In this document: in pieces, positions 41,484-56,189 of the stretch
How the letters are laid out: each line of letters begins with the position of its first letter
Position numbering within the stretch: the first letter of the stretch is position 1
Assembly: GCA_951406725.2 (NCBI GenBank)
Contig: OX597816.1
Coordinates: 122,078,001-122,142,000, forward strand
Direction of reading: 5' to 3'
Source of the DNA: Octopus vulgaris
Lineage: Eukaryota
Length of the DNA: 64,000 nt
Program-made: the position numbers and the translations under genes
Notes under the pieces: generated by a model
Databases searched by the model: none
What the model was told of the DNA's origin: nothing
What the model saw: the letters and a program-made list of their open reading frames with translations, nothing else

Positions 41484-41939
41484 TAATCTGTATTTTTGTT
41501 ATTTTTTATTTGCTCTGTTCGTGTGAGCTAACAATCGTGCTGACTTTCATGGGAAAGATTTATTTTGTGGTTGAAACCTATCGGATCTATTTCTAGTGCT
41601 AGAGTGAGCCACATAGTGACCACTCTCTTATATTTATTTTTGTATAAAATATTATAATATGTTATAAAATATTATAATAATCCAGGTTTCTCGGGGCACT
41701 GGGCCACTTGGTGTTGAATAGGTATACTATTAAATTAGTATCTAATTCTCTCACCCTAATTAATTAATTATAATTATGCTGCATTTATTTCTAAATGTAG
41801 TATCTGTTTCCGTGAAAGTTTGGCGCGCTGTTGGTAGGGGCATTTGAATTATAACGGCGGATGTAATCGATTGAACCACACGCGTATTTATCGTTATGGT
41901 AAAATCTGGCGTGTGATTGAGTGGATTTCATCCAGATAG

Positions 41940-42019
41940 TTTTGGCTGAGGAGCTACAAGTGAGTTATTGTGAGTAAAATTACATTTAATTCATTAATAG
42001 CGAAACAATTGTCCCAAAA
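41940..42019 (+). ncRNA. Type I hammerhead ribozyme, copy 2
   Basis: Identical to copy 1 by eye; predicted cut after 42013. Confidence 0.85.
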
Positions 42020-42299
42020 TAATCTGTATTTTTGTTATTTTTTATTTGCTCTGTTCGTGTGAGCTAACAATCGTGCTGACTTTCATGGGAAAGATTTATT
42101 TTGTGGTTGAAACCTATCGGATCTATTTCTAGTGCTAGAGTGAGCCACATAGTGACCACTCTCTTATATTTATTTTTGTATAAAATATTATAATATGTTA
42201 TAAAATATTATAATAATCCAGGTTTCTCGGGGCACTGGGCCACTTGGTGTTGAATAGGTATACTATTAAATTAGTATCTAATTCTCTCACCCTTATTAA

Positions 42300-42369
<70 letters not shown>

Positions 42370-43189
42370 CATATATAAAGAAAGCCAGATAAATATCACA
42401 AGATTTCTGGTCCGACGCACGAGCCCTGCGAATTGTGTGTACCGTTTTCATTGAGGATCTTTCTCGTAGTTTACTCTTCATAGTTTCATTTATGATTCCA
42501 CAGTGACAGACTCAGACCTGAAGGAATCTTAAAAAATTCTAAACAAAGCAATAATTGAAATTCAGTTCAATTAAAGATATGCTAAAGACGCCGTGACTAC
42601 ATTCAACCAACCGAACTGTAACTTTCAGCAATAATTTCTCCAGAAAAATGCATCTTTTAAGTTTCATTACGGTATAGCCCCAGGTTCTTCCAGCGCATTT
42701 TGGTTTTTGAAATTACGAAGTTGTGCAATCGGTTAAGTAAATGTAAAAATAAATTGAGTTAAATCAACCTTTCCTTTCGCAATTAGACAGGCACTGAGTT
42801 AGTGCTCGGATATATAGATTTCTTAAACTGCAACATTTTAATCTTGTTATAAAATTGATGCGGATATCGGTCTGTCTGTCCATCACATATATTATAGAGC
42901 GGGAAAGAAGGGTAGAATCAAAATATACTACGTCACAATGTATTTTTAGAAGAGGAGGAGAAAAGATGTTGTTGAGAGAGAAAGAGAGAGAGAGAGTGCG
43001 CGCGCGCGTGTATGAAAGAGAGAGTGATTGGCCGGTAGTGTTGTCATCAAAGTAATTAGAAAGTCTTGATAAAAACGCTGGAATTTAAGTGCAAGTCTGT
43101 CAACAGTACGCAACACAGTTTCAAAAAACACTTTCATTATATGACAATATAAGCAGTCATATTTTTTAGCCTTTGTGTGTGTATTTCTT

Positions 43190-43385
43190 TGTGCGTGTAC
43201 CCTTCACGTAGTTCTCAGGGAGATTCAGCGCAACACAGAGTGTGATAAAGCTGGCCCTTTGAAATACAGCTGAGTGAACTGGAGCAACGGGAAATAAAGT
43301 GTCTTGCTCAAGGACACAATGCGTCGCCGGGAATTGAACTCACGATCGTGAGTCGAATGCCCTAACAACTAAGCCCCATGCTTTC
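43190..43385 (-). mobile_element. CORE-type SINE copy
   Basis: Reverse-complement homologue of part of 37340-37705. Confidence 0.75.
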
Positions 43386-43671
43386 ACATAAAAATTATAA
43401 TACTGAACAGAAAACGTCAGAATTAATGCTTAGAAAATATTTATAAAATTTTTTCGTACAGTTACTGATTGATATAGAACATAATACAGCTGTTATGTCT
43501 AGAACATACTTATTTACATATTGAAATATGAAATTATGTGTAGTTCTTGTCTGCTTCAAAAGCCATTTATCAACGGAAATTGAGAACACAGAAACACGGA
43601 TTCAGCACATCGCTAGTTTATCTTATGTCTTTGAAGGAACCGATACTAATAAGAGTACATACATTCATATA

Positions 43672-43707
<36 letters not shown>

Positions 43708-43712
<5 letters not shown>

Positions 43713-43915
43713 TAATCCAAACAAAAAAACACAAAAAAAACTCAGCAACGCGAGGACGTGGAACATATAAATTATTATTGGACGCTCAGGAAGAAGGGAA
43801 GAAAGAGGGTTTAACGTTTCGAGCGGAGCTCTTCGTTGGAAACAAAGGAGAAGGAAAGATCCCGAGAAGGGAAGACAGAGGAAAAAAATTGCTGGTGGTG
43901 CTCACGAGGTCACGG
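43708..43915 (-). mobile_element. PLE pLTR relic with a degenerate minimal hammerhead (43809-43843)
   Basis: Minus strand reads gttt-CCAACGA-a-GAGCtccGCTC-GAAACGTT-aaac. The stems are intact but the core CUGA is mutated. (TA)n lies at its 3' flank. Confidence 0.55.
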
Positions 43916-43999
43916 TGCACAGTAAATAAGGTACTCAATACATGCAGAGTAAAATTAATTTATTATATAGAAGGGTTCTACAGGATATATTATATATAT

Positions 44000-44041
<42 letters not shown>

Positions 44042-45605
44042 ATATTAAGTTTTCAACAAGCAGAATAACACTCGATCAGCTAACAGAGTAAAGATATTAC
44101 TATAATAAAAACTACAAGTCTTGCAAAATACAGCTACCCAGGGTTCTCTGATCGAAACATTAATTTATCTCACCATTGTTCAAGCTGAGAACAAGATTGT
44201 TTGCTGGTTGCTTTCTGAGTAGATGACGTTTGAATAAGGAACGCTGCTCATAAGGAAAAAGACATTATATTAAACAAATGTCAACGTTACATTATCAAAT
44301 GTCAAAAGGTGTAAACAGATATAAATGATTTACGATGTGTCTGGTGGCCTATTATAAAATCCCGCCAAGATGTATTTCTTAAAATGTGAACAACTAGAAA
44401 CAATTTCGTTCTTGGAATTTACGTTGTTGTTGGAAAATCTCGAGGTACAGTTTTTCAAGAGAACATACTGAACATTTTTTGGACTCATTAATATAAGGTC
44501 TGGTTTTCGAAAGGATCTTTCATTTGTTGATGTAGATACGTCCTTCAACTTTAAGCTTTCAGATTAAAGCCGACAGTTTAGTTGAATACCTCTTATCACG
44601 GTACCTAAAATTCGAAAGATGGGTGTTATGCCTAGAATTAAATTTCCTCCCACGGTTCCGATATAACTCTTGATTTCTGATCGACCGTTGCCATGGTTCA
44701 CCAATACCGGTGTTTCATAAATAGCGGAGTATTTATCTCATTTCTACTCCAGAGGACATTCAGATTTGTCTCTGCATGTGCACCCAAAGCAGGCTTGAGT
44801 CGTCTGTTGCTTATTGATATATGACTTAATATTAGGAGAATAAGAAAAGGTAATTTTAAACTTGTGTCTGTTAAAGATACATTAAAATCTTTAACAGTAG
44901 GACGGAATCTGGTGACACGACAATATATTTGTAAAGCGTCATAATAGTTCAACTTTAAATTTTTTTAGCGTAGTGACATTTGAATGTCATGTAGAGGTTG
45001 ATAAAGTAAAGCGAATCTATTTTTCAAATAGACAGCAAATTATTGAATGATGGGGTATTTTTCATGTATAGGAAACGGAAAAGGTACACCGGAAGCCATA
45101 TTGTTGATACTGTATTTTACCTACTGGAATTAGCTAAGCCCATCACAAATGTTTCGCATCCCCAACCGTCTTGTTGACATATATCTATACTTATTTGTAC
45201 TTTGTAGAATAGCAGACTCAACATTTCTGTTTGCATGAGATGTCTTAGGAGTAGGTAAGAGTAGGACAACATGTACTGTTCTTTTCATGCTGTCCGGACA
45301 AATTTTAAGGCTTATTTCTACCGGTGCGAAAAGGATAGTCATCTTCACCTACTTGGGTTTCTTTGGCAAATACACTGAACCGCGAGACATGTGTGACAAC
45401 TGAAGAAGGGGAATATTCTTGATGTCGTATGTCTCGTTTCTCTGTTTGATTTTTTCGTTGTTCGAAAAAAGTTCGTTTTCTATGCTTTTCTTTTTATGCT
45501 TTCGCTTGTCATTGTGTTCAACGTTTTTTTGATGTCCTGTACCCTTATATGCATGTATATATACATATATATGTACATATATGTATGTATATATGCATAT
45601 ATTAA

Positions 45606-45647
<42 letters not shown>

Positions 45648-45774
45648 TGTGGAGGTAAGATTAAGAAAAATACTCCGCCCAGTGAGAGTTAAATATCTTT
45701 TAATGTACATAGTATAAACATAGATATGTTTCCAGTAGCTCGTATCTTTAAACTGTGTACATATATATATATAT

Positions 45775-45827
<53 letters not shown>

Positions 45828-48104
45828 CACTTGTGTGGGTGTGTAAGTGTGCATATATATATATATATATATATACATGCACACTTACACACCCACACAA
45901 GCGCGCGCACACACACATACGCACACCACACACAATGATTTGCTAAGGATAATCACTAATTCTCCATCGGACCACACCTACTGTCGTCAATAAATAAGAG
46001 ACACATTAAGCTCCATAATTTTAGGTATACAAATAGTTGTATAGACCATGGGTTGAACATGTTTTATCACATGATGAAAGTACTAGTTAATGCAAGCTAG
46101 ACAGGTTTCATAAGAACGTTACACGCAAACCAACGAGAAAACCTCCAGGTGGCTGGTTGACCTTATTATGTTAGTTGTACTTGCGACGGCATTTACCCAG
46201 GGTGAATTGAAACGGCTCCAACCAACAAGTTCTCCACGTCCCTCACGAATGCTGACCACAGCTGACCATCGGTAGCAGGTGAGGTGTAGAATTCATGTTC
46301 GAAGTTTCAGTGGAAATACAAGTTCATATGTGATCCCCGGTCACCTGCGTAAGCACTTTAGGATAGTGTCATCCGTAGCAGCTCATCGTGCCGTCGATTG
46401 CCGACTGTCGCAGAGCATTCGCTGACCAAATCACCGCTGATTATCAAGTAGTAACTTGAGTTTAAAATGGGTTCTAGAGACATACTTGAACAAAAGCTAA
46501 GGAATACTTCACTCCCAGTGGTCTTACATGTCGGACACCAACCCAGAATTTCTGAGGTCCCGTCCTATTACGAAGCAGTAGTTGGACCTACACTATGTTC
46601 ATCCATCCTTTTGATAGGTCTTGTTTTTAGTTTTGCTGGGTTTCTAGCAATCCTTATCACCAGGCAAGCCCTGTAGGGGTACTGGTGAAGTTGCTGACAA
46701 TCCGACCATGCAACAGGTTGTACTGGATTCCATGTTACGAGTTGCATTCATAAGAGACCTCACAAATGACATAACATTCGATTGACTTGCTAAAAGTAGT
46801 AGTCAAATTCTCCAGGATTATAACCAACCGCCTTAAGTACGGAAAGAATGGACACATTTGCGTGTGCACCCTAATATAACTCGGTCACACCAGGAATGTT
46901 TCCGATGAAAGGCGTTGTCGACTTGCGCTGACCTAAAAGCCGAGCAGTTATAAAACACACACACACACACATCCACACACTTTCATTCAAGCACTTGCTC
47001 ATGTATTTGCACAAATAATTATATGTAATAAGAGAACTGAAACTAAGTAATTGTATAATAAATGCAAATACATGGTAATATGAAGATCCTATATTTGTGA
47101 TAGATAATTTAATTATACATATACATTAATATGTATGTATCAACTACACCTATTTTCTCAAATATAAATGGAAATAATAAGCAACACAATAGTGTTCCAT
47201 AGCGAAACGGTTACAATTCTGATTCTCAAATTCAAGTTCAAATCTCAGTAGAGCCTTATGTGAATTATCGTTTCCTTAAGTTATTAATCTGCGACCATGC
47301 TGTGGCACCGCCTTGCAGGGTTGTTAGTCGAATAAATCGATACTAGTGATTATTTTTTAAAAAACTTGCTATTTATTCTGTTGATCGGTGTTACCGCACC
47401 ACTAATGTTACATAAACGTAATCAAACCAACAGCGGTTGTCAAGCGGTAGGGAGGGACAAACAGGAAGACATACGCGCATATACATACATAAACATATAC
47501 GCACACACACATATTTCGCTTAGACATTGCGCGTGGCTTAGTGGTTAGGATACACACATATATGCAATCATACATAGTGGTTAGTGGACTCATGATCATA
47601 AGATTGTGGTTTCGATTCCCAAACCCATCGACACGTTGTATTCTTATGCAAAACCCTTCATTTCACGTTGCCCCAGTCTACTCAGCTGGCAAAAATGAGT
47701 TATCCTGCGACGAGCTGGGGTCCCGTCCTGGTGGCATGTCATGGAAACCGGTCCTATGACTCTATACGGTGCACGAAGGAACTTTACTTTACATTTTGCT
47801 AGACATTGAAATACTCATATCCTAGTGTTAGAACCCTGTACACATGTGCTTCAGAATGAATCGTAAGTCAAGTACAGAGAGGTAATATGAAATTTCAAAA
47901 ACAAAAGAAAAAACTATTAGGTTCATAACATAATCATTTATTCCTTTGTCATCCCAAATTTCTTACGTATATAAGCACGGTGCTATAGCAGAAACCAACG
48001 CAGTGGGACTGAAACCAAGACTGCATGATTATGAAGCAAGCAGCGCGACTACACAGCCATGTCTCTCTCTCTCTATATATATATTTATTTTATATATATA
48101 ACTT

Positions 48105-48495
48105 AGATAACCTAGATTGAATTCGGCCATTATCGTCCCAAGTCATGACTAACTCCATAGCAGTCTTTTTATTAATTATTTCGGGACACCATGGGCGACT
48201 AAAGCAGAGAGTTGTTCTTGGTTGAAACGTATCGGAGGAATATGTCCAGACACCGTTTGAAAGTTGTGAAGTCTTTTTCTACTTTAATTTCTTTTGGGAT
48301 AACATTGAAAAGTGCAGGACCATTTCCAGTGAAGAAATGGTATCGCAATGTTCTTATGTGATGTGATCTCGACCTTTGTAGGGAACGCATTGTACGGGGG
48401 CCCAGTCTTAGGTGAATTGTAAACATAATACCAATATCATTTAGATATAATTTTTGCAAGGCCAAAATTATACTGTGTGAAGAAGACATAATCAG
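48105..48495 (-). mobile_element. CR1-like LINE 3' fragment
   Basis: ORF 48199-48489 ..FTGNGPALFNVIPKEIK..FKRCLDIFL is like the C-terminus of the 58-60 kb LINE. Confidence 0.65.
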
Positions 48496-48499
48496 CTAG

Positions 48500-49610
48500 A
48501 TACACGAGCACACTCACGCTGCAGATATTTTTCGTCAAGATCTATCTGTACTTGAGGAAATGAATGAGAAAGCTATTACAACCCAGAAAACTTCACCACG
48601 AATTATAACACAAATGTTTCGGAAAATGTCTCTACTCAACTACCGGCCATGAGCACTATAAGGCGTTCAATCAGAAGATATACGCAAGCTATACACGCTC
48701 CGCATCCCACACCAAGAAACTTGCATGATATGGTCATTCCAGATGAATGCAAAAAAACAAAAACAACATGCAATGAGGAAAACTTACTTTACGATAGTGG
48801 ACACAGTGAGAACCGCACACTTTTGCTTTCCACAAAGAAAATAATGCGACTCTTGCAACCTTCAAGTAATTAGTTTTGTGATGGTACATTCAAAGTAGTA
48901 TCAGAACTATTTTACCAACTCCACTCCATTTACTGATTAATCGCTAATAGAACGATTCTTTGTGTCTTTGCATTAATGCCAAATAAACGTCAAGCTGACT
49001 ATGAAGAACTTTTCAGCCGACTTCGGACTATTAACTCCAATCTCAACCCCGCTAGTATTATGATCGATTATGAACAAGCTGCCAAGAATGCAATTACCGA
49101 ATTTTTTCCAAATGCAATTATCAAGCAGTTTATCGGAAGGTACAATCAGAGGGATTACAATCAAGATATCAGAGCGATGCTGATTTTGCTCTAAGCATTC
49201 ACATGACACTACCCTTGGCTTTTGTGCCAGCAGACAATCTTGTAACAAGTTTTGGGCAATTATAAGAAAATTTGTGCCATGAAGCAGATCCAGTCATTGA
49301 TTACTTTGAAGATACTTATATCGGTATAATACGACGGAGTAACAGAGGCAACTTACTCTTTCCTATGTGTATGTAGAAAATATATGACCGAGTATGCAAT
49401 AATTTACCACGAACAATTAATTCCTTGGAGGTACGGAATAACCATTTACAGGCGAACATAACGTCATGTCATCCAAATATCTGGCGTTTTCTTCAGTTAC
49501 TGAAGACGGATCAAGCACTTAATGAAGCGATCATCAATCAAATGCTGGCAGGAAATCAGCCTTCACCCGAAAAGAAAAAAAGTATCAAGATTTAACCCAT
49601 AAAAAATGAA
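48500..49610 (+). pseudogene. Decayed MULE (Mutator-like) transposase
   Basis: LYDSG..LLLST..*FCDGTFKVV..FYQL..CVFALMPNKRQADY..IMIDYE.A..A...FPNA..DYFEDTYIG..RTINSLE..HPNIWRFL. Confidence 0.88.
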
Positions 49611-50190
49611 GTCTTAGGAATCGGTTATATTTTATATATATGGTAGATATTATGTTTAATAACACATGCCACTTAATTTTTTACTAATTTATTCAACAGG
49701 TAAGAAGTTATTACAAATTTGTGTGTGTTGCATTAACGCAACGATAGGCACACCAGCCCCAGTACATGTTTCGTTAGAGCAACGATGGGCCACATGTCCC
49801 ATAATGTATTATATAGAAAATCTTAAAACATCGAAAATATGTTTATTAATTTAAATGCAATTGAAGCATTTTACACTCGTTCTTTCTATTTTTAGGAAAA
49901 ATATTTGAATTAATGATAATTGAAGTAAACATTGAGGTTAGATAAGAATGACTGAGAATAATCATTAATTTATTTGTAATACTAAGTAATTAAGGGTTTA
50001 GCAACGATTTGCCTCACCCACGATTAGAAATAGCAGTCAAAGATATAGCTATTCTTCTACTAAAGGAGATCTCATAAACCACAGCACTTGAAAGCAAACA
50101 CAGACAGGCAGAGAGAAAGAAATGAGCATATCATACAATTTTAAGTCACCTTAATTATCTAAAATAACGATTGTATATATATAGTGCTGT

Positions 50191-50246
<56 letters not shown>

Positions 50247-50269
50247 TGATTGAAACCTTTTTGAAGATT

Positions 50270-52528
50270 TTACTTGGAAACAATAATTATTTATCATTGT
50301 AACATACCATTATACAATATCACAAAACAGAATATACATTCTATCCAAATATAACATTTCTCTTTTCTGTTATTACGTGATAGGCTGAGTGTGACGACTT
50401 TTTTCTCTCATTACGTAATATAAGATAATTTGCAGTACTTCTACCCCAAACTTCACGCATTAAGACTGGATTCTGTGATAATCAGAGGCACACTTGACAT
50501 GCATAACAACTTTGCATTTCCTGCACATGTATACAGTTTGACTCTTGCATTACCTACATCTTCGACAGTTTTCTGGCTCACTCTTTTGATAAATCATGAC
50601 CTATGTTGTGATATCTTTCCTCGTTGATGATACTTGATCTAGATGCAACAAGCATTTTTTATCTTATTGGATTCATGGGTGGTGTCCATACTTCTTCAAA
50701 CGAAACTGTACAGTTTGACGTGTAAATGCTAGTAGATCTTCTTTATAACCGCCTTCTCTGGCAAACAACCATGCATTATTCATGCACACGTTCAATAGGT
50801 AGGAAACAAGTGGGAAATACCCTTTCCCTCCGAATGGCAATGTGGCACTGAGATATGTTTTGGTCTTGCCTGTCGATATCTCCCATGCTTGAGTTATATT
50901 TTCCAATTAATTATGGCATTGGTATCTAAACTTGTTTACGTTCTGTAACTGACCAGCGATGAACTTGCTTTATAGAATGCACACCACACTGATGAGACCC
51001 AACGATAACGACACCATTATCATTCCACATTACCACTAAAATGCAAGAATATTTTTCAAGAAAATGCTCCTCAGTCTCTCGTGGACTTATTTCAAACTGC
51101 TTGATCTCAATTAGAGGACACTTTTTGATCTATTACTACGAACCATGCCAGTGGAAGAATGACCTCTTGGCTGTATCTCTTCTAGAAGGTTGAACAATGT
51201 GAATAAGTTATCAAAGGAGAAAGATTTCTTTTCTGAATATTGAGATTCAAATTTATCAATTATGTTAAGCACCACTTCTCTTCCTAGGCCGTATGTGTCC
51301 TTGCAACAGCTACTCTTTGCCCTTTTACATTTCCTTGATATAAATCAATCCAGTATAAGTAACCTAATGAACTAGCTGCTACCCATCCTTTGTAACCCCA
51401 TCGGATCGGTTTGTCTCGAATAAATTGCTTTGTGGGATGGCCACAATAATATGAGATCATGGATTCATCAATAGAGACATTTCTTGGATCAAAAACCGAG
51501 CCAAACTGTATAAAGCTTTGATTTAAAAGCTCCAACAATGGGCATACCTTTGCAAACCTGTCCTAGCTATCCAGTTCATTGTTGTCTGCTGCATGAAAGT
51601 ATTTCATTATCTCCTCAAATTTGTTTCTTCGCATTGAACTAGCTACGAGCTCATTTCGAACATTAGATTCGGTTTCCCATATAAACGCCGGTGATGTAGA
51701 GTGTTGTATCCTAAGAGCAACAAAATACCAATAAAAACCTTCATCTCGTTGCTTGACAATTGGAATATATGTTTTCCTTTTTGAGCTGCAAAACAAAAAA
51801 CTGTACTTAGTACGGTCTTCTATGAAGAGCTCAATATTTCATGAGGTTGCCGTGGTATGTCAACAATAGAAGGCCTGTAGGGGTAACTTGTGACTTCCTC
51901 TTTTGAGGTCATATCCTCCACATTCCAGTGCCAGGTCTTTTTACGCTTACACTGACGTGGGAGTACTCGTCTGCTGAAAATTATCATCTTGTTCTGTAGG
52001 CTGTTATGGACCATCATCCGTTTGTCTCATACTAGATTCTTCAACAGCAAAATCGGCTTCACTAAGTAGCTGGTTTCTCGGCAGATTTAATGCCATACAC
52101 AGCCTAGATTTACGTGCTTGCCGTTGTAATAATGCAACACCCTGTAAAGGTAGGATGCCCATCATTGCGGTTACGCATCATCAAAAAAACATTTTTCTTT
52201 ACTCTTTTATATAAACTACTTCAAGTTGGGAAAACTAATAGATATTTTAGTTGTGAGTAAAATGATCCTGTGTCATCAGGTTCAAAACATTAGAAAGCTT
52301 GAATTAAGTATGAACTACATTATTTACTTGAATTTGTGGGAAGACATAGTGATTTAAAATTTCAGTTATGGTAAGTTTTCACAATCTGGAAGAGAAGAAC
52401 AGTATGCAACTGTTAGCTACGGGTGTCGACTACCTACTGAACATGTTGCATGCTCAGTCAGATGCTTCCCGACGAGAAGGAGCAGGTTTTGCATTGCGAA
52501 AACGCAACCAGGGATATATATGGGTTAA
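50270..52528 (-). mobile_element. Decayed piggyBac transposon (PGBD-like transposase)
   Basis: MRRNKFEEIMKYFHAADN, SIDESMISY..KQFIRDKPIRWGYKGWV, FDNLFT and a C-terminal Cys-rich CR*C..MCRKCKVVMHVKC. The minus-strand left end TTAA-CCC is at 52528. The right end is uncertain. Confidence 0.88.
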
Positions 52529-54876
52529 AAGAATTGCAAATATTGTGGAGGATTATGAAAATCGAGAAGTGATGGATGTTTTGAGCTCACAACTTTTTTT
52601 TAATTATTTTCCGTATTACATTATTGCGCGTGATATTGATAAATTATCTGTAAATAATATTGTTTTTATAAAATTTAATTTTTTTCTTTTTTTGTTAAAG
52701 TTTTACCTCTGTTTCTACAAATAAAACATAAATGCTATTTTTTTTGTACTTTTATTTTACTGTTGAAAAAATGAAAATTTTTATGCTTTTATTGACAACT
52801 ATGATAGCTAAAAGGATTTAATATAACTTAAGATTTAATATAAAAAGATGACAACTAAAAAGATTTAATATAAAAAATGGATAATGTTATATTTATTCAC
52901 AACTAAACGTTTTAACGTCTCTTAAACTTTTGCCTGTGCAAAGCATTTGCTTACGGTTGTTTTAAGCGTCCATGCTTGTTTTCAGACTTTTAGTTAGCCT
53001 TTGTTTTATGTGTTCTGAGTAATCTAAAATTTACCTTTAATAAATCCCAAGTTACACTGGCAGTTGAAAGCACTGAGAATGTATATCATCGACGCCAGGA
53101 AAATGTGTCCTGTATAGCACATGTGACACACAGGACAAAAAAGGGTTAAACAATATCATTATTAATGTGAAATTGCATATTAATTAATTAATACTGAGTG
53201 GACAAATTAATATAACTAAACTATAAGCCACCTCTGACCTCTGACTCAGTGTCAACTATAACCTCAGTGGAATTAATAAACAGGTATATGGAGTAGATTT
53301 AAACGCTTTGGTTTGGCATTCCTAGATTAGCTTATTTTAACGTAGCATAAAGTTTTCGAAAAATAGCAAACTGAGATAAAAAAAAAATAATAACTCAAAA
53401 TGGATATTTTGCTTGCTGGCCGGATGTATTTTGCTTGGTTGGTAATTTAATACAATATCCAACGTTATTCTTAGCTTTATAAATTTAATTTCCCTCAAAT
53501 TAGGCCTTAGCACCTCAAGTATGGAAAGGTCACATTAATGAATGTAAGTCGAATCTAACTTTGATAAAAGCGTAGGTCACGGCTAAGCCATCCTTGATCA
53601 AAGCGTACTCGATCAGGGCTGACCTGGGGTTAAACAATTACGACAGCAAAATATCACGCATACATATGTATGCATACACACATGCATAAGCTCATATACA
53701 TACACGGACACACACACACACACATACACGCTCATACATAACTCAAGTGGTGTAAGAACATACAAAAGTTTAAATTTCTTGGTGTATCTGTCAGTAGTTA
53801 GTTACATTACAAACTCCTCGTAAGCATCTAAAGCTAGAATTTCAAAGAACCAGCAAACATTATGAGCCAAGATGGGCTCGTAATGAAAACTGAAATTTTA
53901 TTTCTGCAAAAAACATAGTACAGAATCTTGTATCTATGAAATGTAACACAAATAAGGCATTTACAAAACAAACATCTAAAATAAAAATTAGAAAAATAAA
54001 ATAGAAATTACAAAAATAATTCGGAGCAAAATCTAAACCATAATCTCAATATTATCCCAGCTGAAACAATAACAGGAGAAAATATGAAAAAATAACCGTA
54101 AACAGTAGAAATCTTATGATCGCAGATACAAAATCAGCATGTCGTAACTCAGTCATCACAACACAGTCTCTGTAAAAAAGCTCTCTATGAGGGACGAAAC
54201 GAGTTCAAAAAGCAAGCTGTATGGATCGATGAACTGGGATGTTGCCATCCTTTTGAATTAAATCAAAATAAAAATATTAATAAAGGTTTCGAAATAGTCC
54301 TAAAGAAAATTAAATAGAAAATCCTCAGATAAACATCCCATAACATTAGTTTAAGAATTTCGCATTATATCGAGGGGATTTGATAAAGCTGTACGCAAAA
54401 ATCATTGGGGATATGTAGGTGTACTAAAATAGCTGTCAACTCGCATTCTAAAAAACAGCTATACTTTCCAAATTAAAAATAATCCATTAAAAGCCAACCA
54501 GAACAACGTGCATATGATGTAAATTGACTTCCTTCTTCGTGAATGAAAAGACCCATTGGTAAATGTAGTCCAACATAACTCTATAAAGACAGAATTGTCA
54601 CAGTTGGAAAATCCTTAAATGTAGGTATGCTTGGTCAGGGTTGACCTAAGACTAAACGGTAACAATAATTACACACATACACACATGCACCTGGATAAAG
54701 AACCATACATGATTAAAAAGAGACGTGAAACTAATTGTAATATAATATATATATATATATATAGTAATAGGATAGTTTATACTTGAGACTACTAATTTAA
54801 CAACGCATACACATCAATATGACAAACACTTATTTCTTCAAATATAGACGCAAATAGTGAGTTGCTATTCATGTAG

Positions 54877-54951
54877 GGTTCTATGGTGTAATTAATGGTT
54901 AGCACTGTAGACTTTGAATCCAGCAGTCTGGTTCAAGTCTCGGCAGGGCCT
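54877..54951 (+). pseudogene. tRNA-Gln(TTG) pseudogene
   Basis: ggttctatggtgtaa(ttaa)tggttagcactgtagacTTTGaatccagcagtctggttcaagtctcggcagggcct closely follows the metazoan tRNA-Gln consensus. It has a 4-nt D-loop insertion and stem mismatches. Confidence 0.75.
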
Positions 54952-56189
54952 TATATTAAATAAAAAAATTCTTTCACTCCATTGCGCCATCGACAATTTT
55001 ATACTACCTGAGCAAGCTGGAGGAAAGGAGAAAGTGTGATGCTAAAAAAAGAAAAAAAGAAAATGGTATAAGAAACGCAAGGACTTGGTTGTCGTGTAGC
55101 TGGATTATTTGGCGTATTATCAAACCATGGGTAGTTGCTAGCCAGCATTTAATCAAGACAGTCTACGATTTTACTGTTCACAGATAATAACAAACAAATC
55201 AAATCTGACATCATAAATTACCAAAACTATACCCTATTGGTCTATGATTTGTTAATATTGCTCATTTCCTTGCTGTCGAAATATCTATCATAATATTTAT
55301 GGAGTTGGATGCCCTGAATCCAGAGCCATATCTCATCATATTTGACGAACAAATGCTGCACGGATAAAACATTGCTCACGGAGAAAATAAATTAGGTCTC
55401 ATTGTCCAATATTTCGAAGACATTGGGATGAAATTTCTTGAGTCGAAACACGCAGTTTTGATTGTGAAACTAAGACGGGTGTAATTGCATTCAAATGCGT
55501 ATTGCATGTATCTGGGACAAGATGAGGATGCAAAATCAGTACTAACATAATATTTTCTTTAGGACATTTCTATTTAAGATGGAGATTTGCCATTTAAAAG
55601 ACATTTCGTTGCTATTTTTAGCATGTCCAGCAGTCATGTAGGTCCTACCAGTTATAAAAGTGAGCCAGAATATGCTGAGAGCAGTCATTTGGTCACAAGA
55701 CGAATTTTAAATATTTTAAATACTTAGTGTGTTCAGACTACTCAAAAATCATATTCATTTACATAATGCACATGTGGACTCGAAAAATAGTCTCAAATAT
55801 CCTGGTTATTGGATCCAGAATGTTCAAACTAGGTCAGAGAAATAAAATAATAGCAACCAAAATTTATATAAAATGTGCAATGGGGAAAAATCAGTATCAC
55901 TAAAAGATATCAGCCCGCATGATTGCGTTTGGTTCTATGATACAAAATGATCTTAACAAACTTTTCATCAAAATTTTTCCATACATCAGCTTAATAACAA
56001 CAAAGTTACTTTAATCATTTTTTTTTTATTATTTTCCAAATTATTTCAACCGAAGGCAGTAAATTTCATGAACAATTTAGTAATGAAAGGGTTAAATTAA
56101 ACATTAAAAATAATACTGTAATGAACTCGAATTCTCAACAAGCTATCAAAGCATTTTTGTTTTCCTAGTAACAGTTAGCAGCATCTGTA

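Noticed and set aside
41796-41808. 13-nt match (tgtagtatctgtt) to the U2 snRNA branch-point recognition region
   Set aside because: The flanks do not continue U2, and the match is too short to distinguish from chance
49592-49601. ttaacccata as a possible right TIR of the piggyBac
   Set aside because: Only 10 bp match, and it lies within MULE coding-like sequence (KYQDLTH)
53790-54600. Possible very old PLE coding relic (IIPAET, ALYRGD)
   Set aside because: The motifs are too degenerate to support a call
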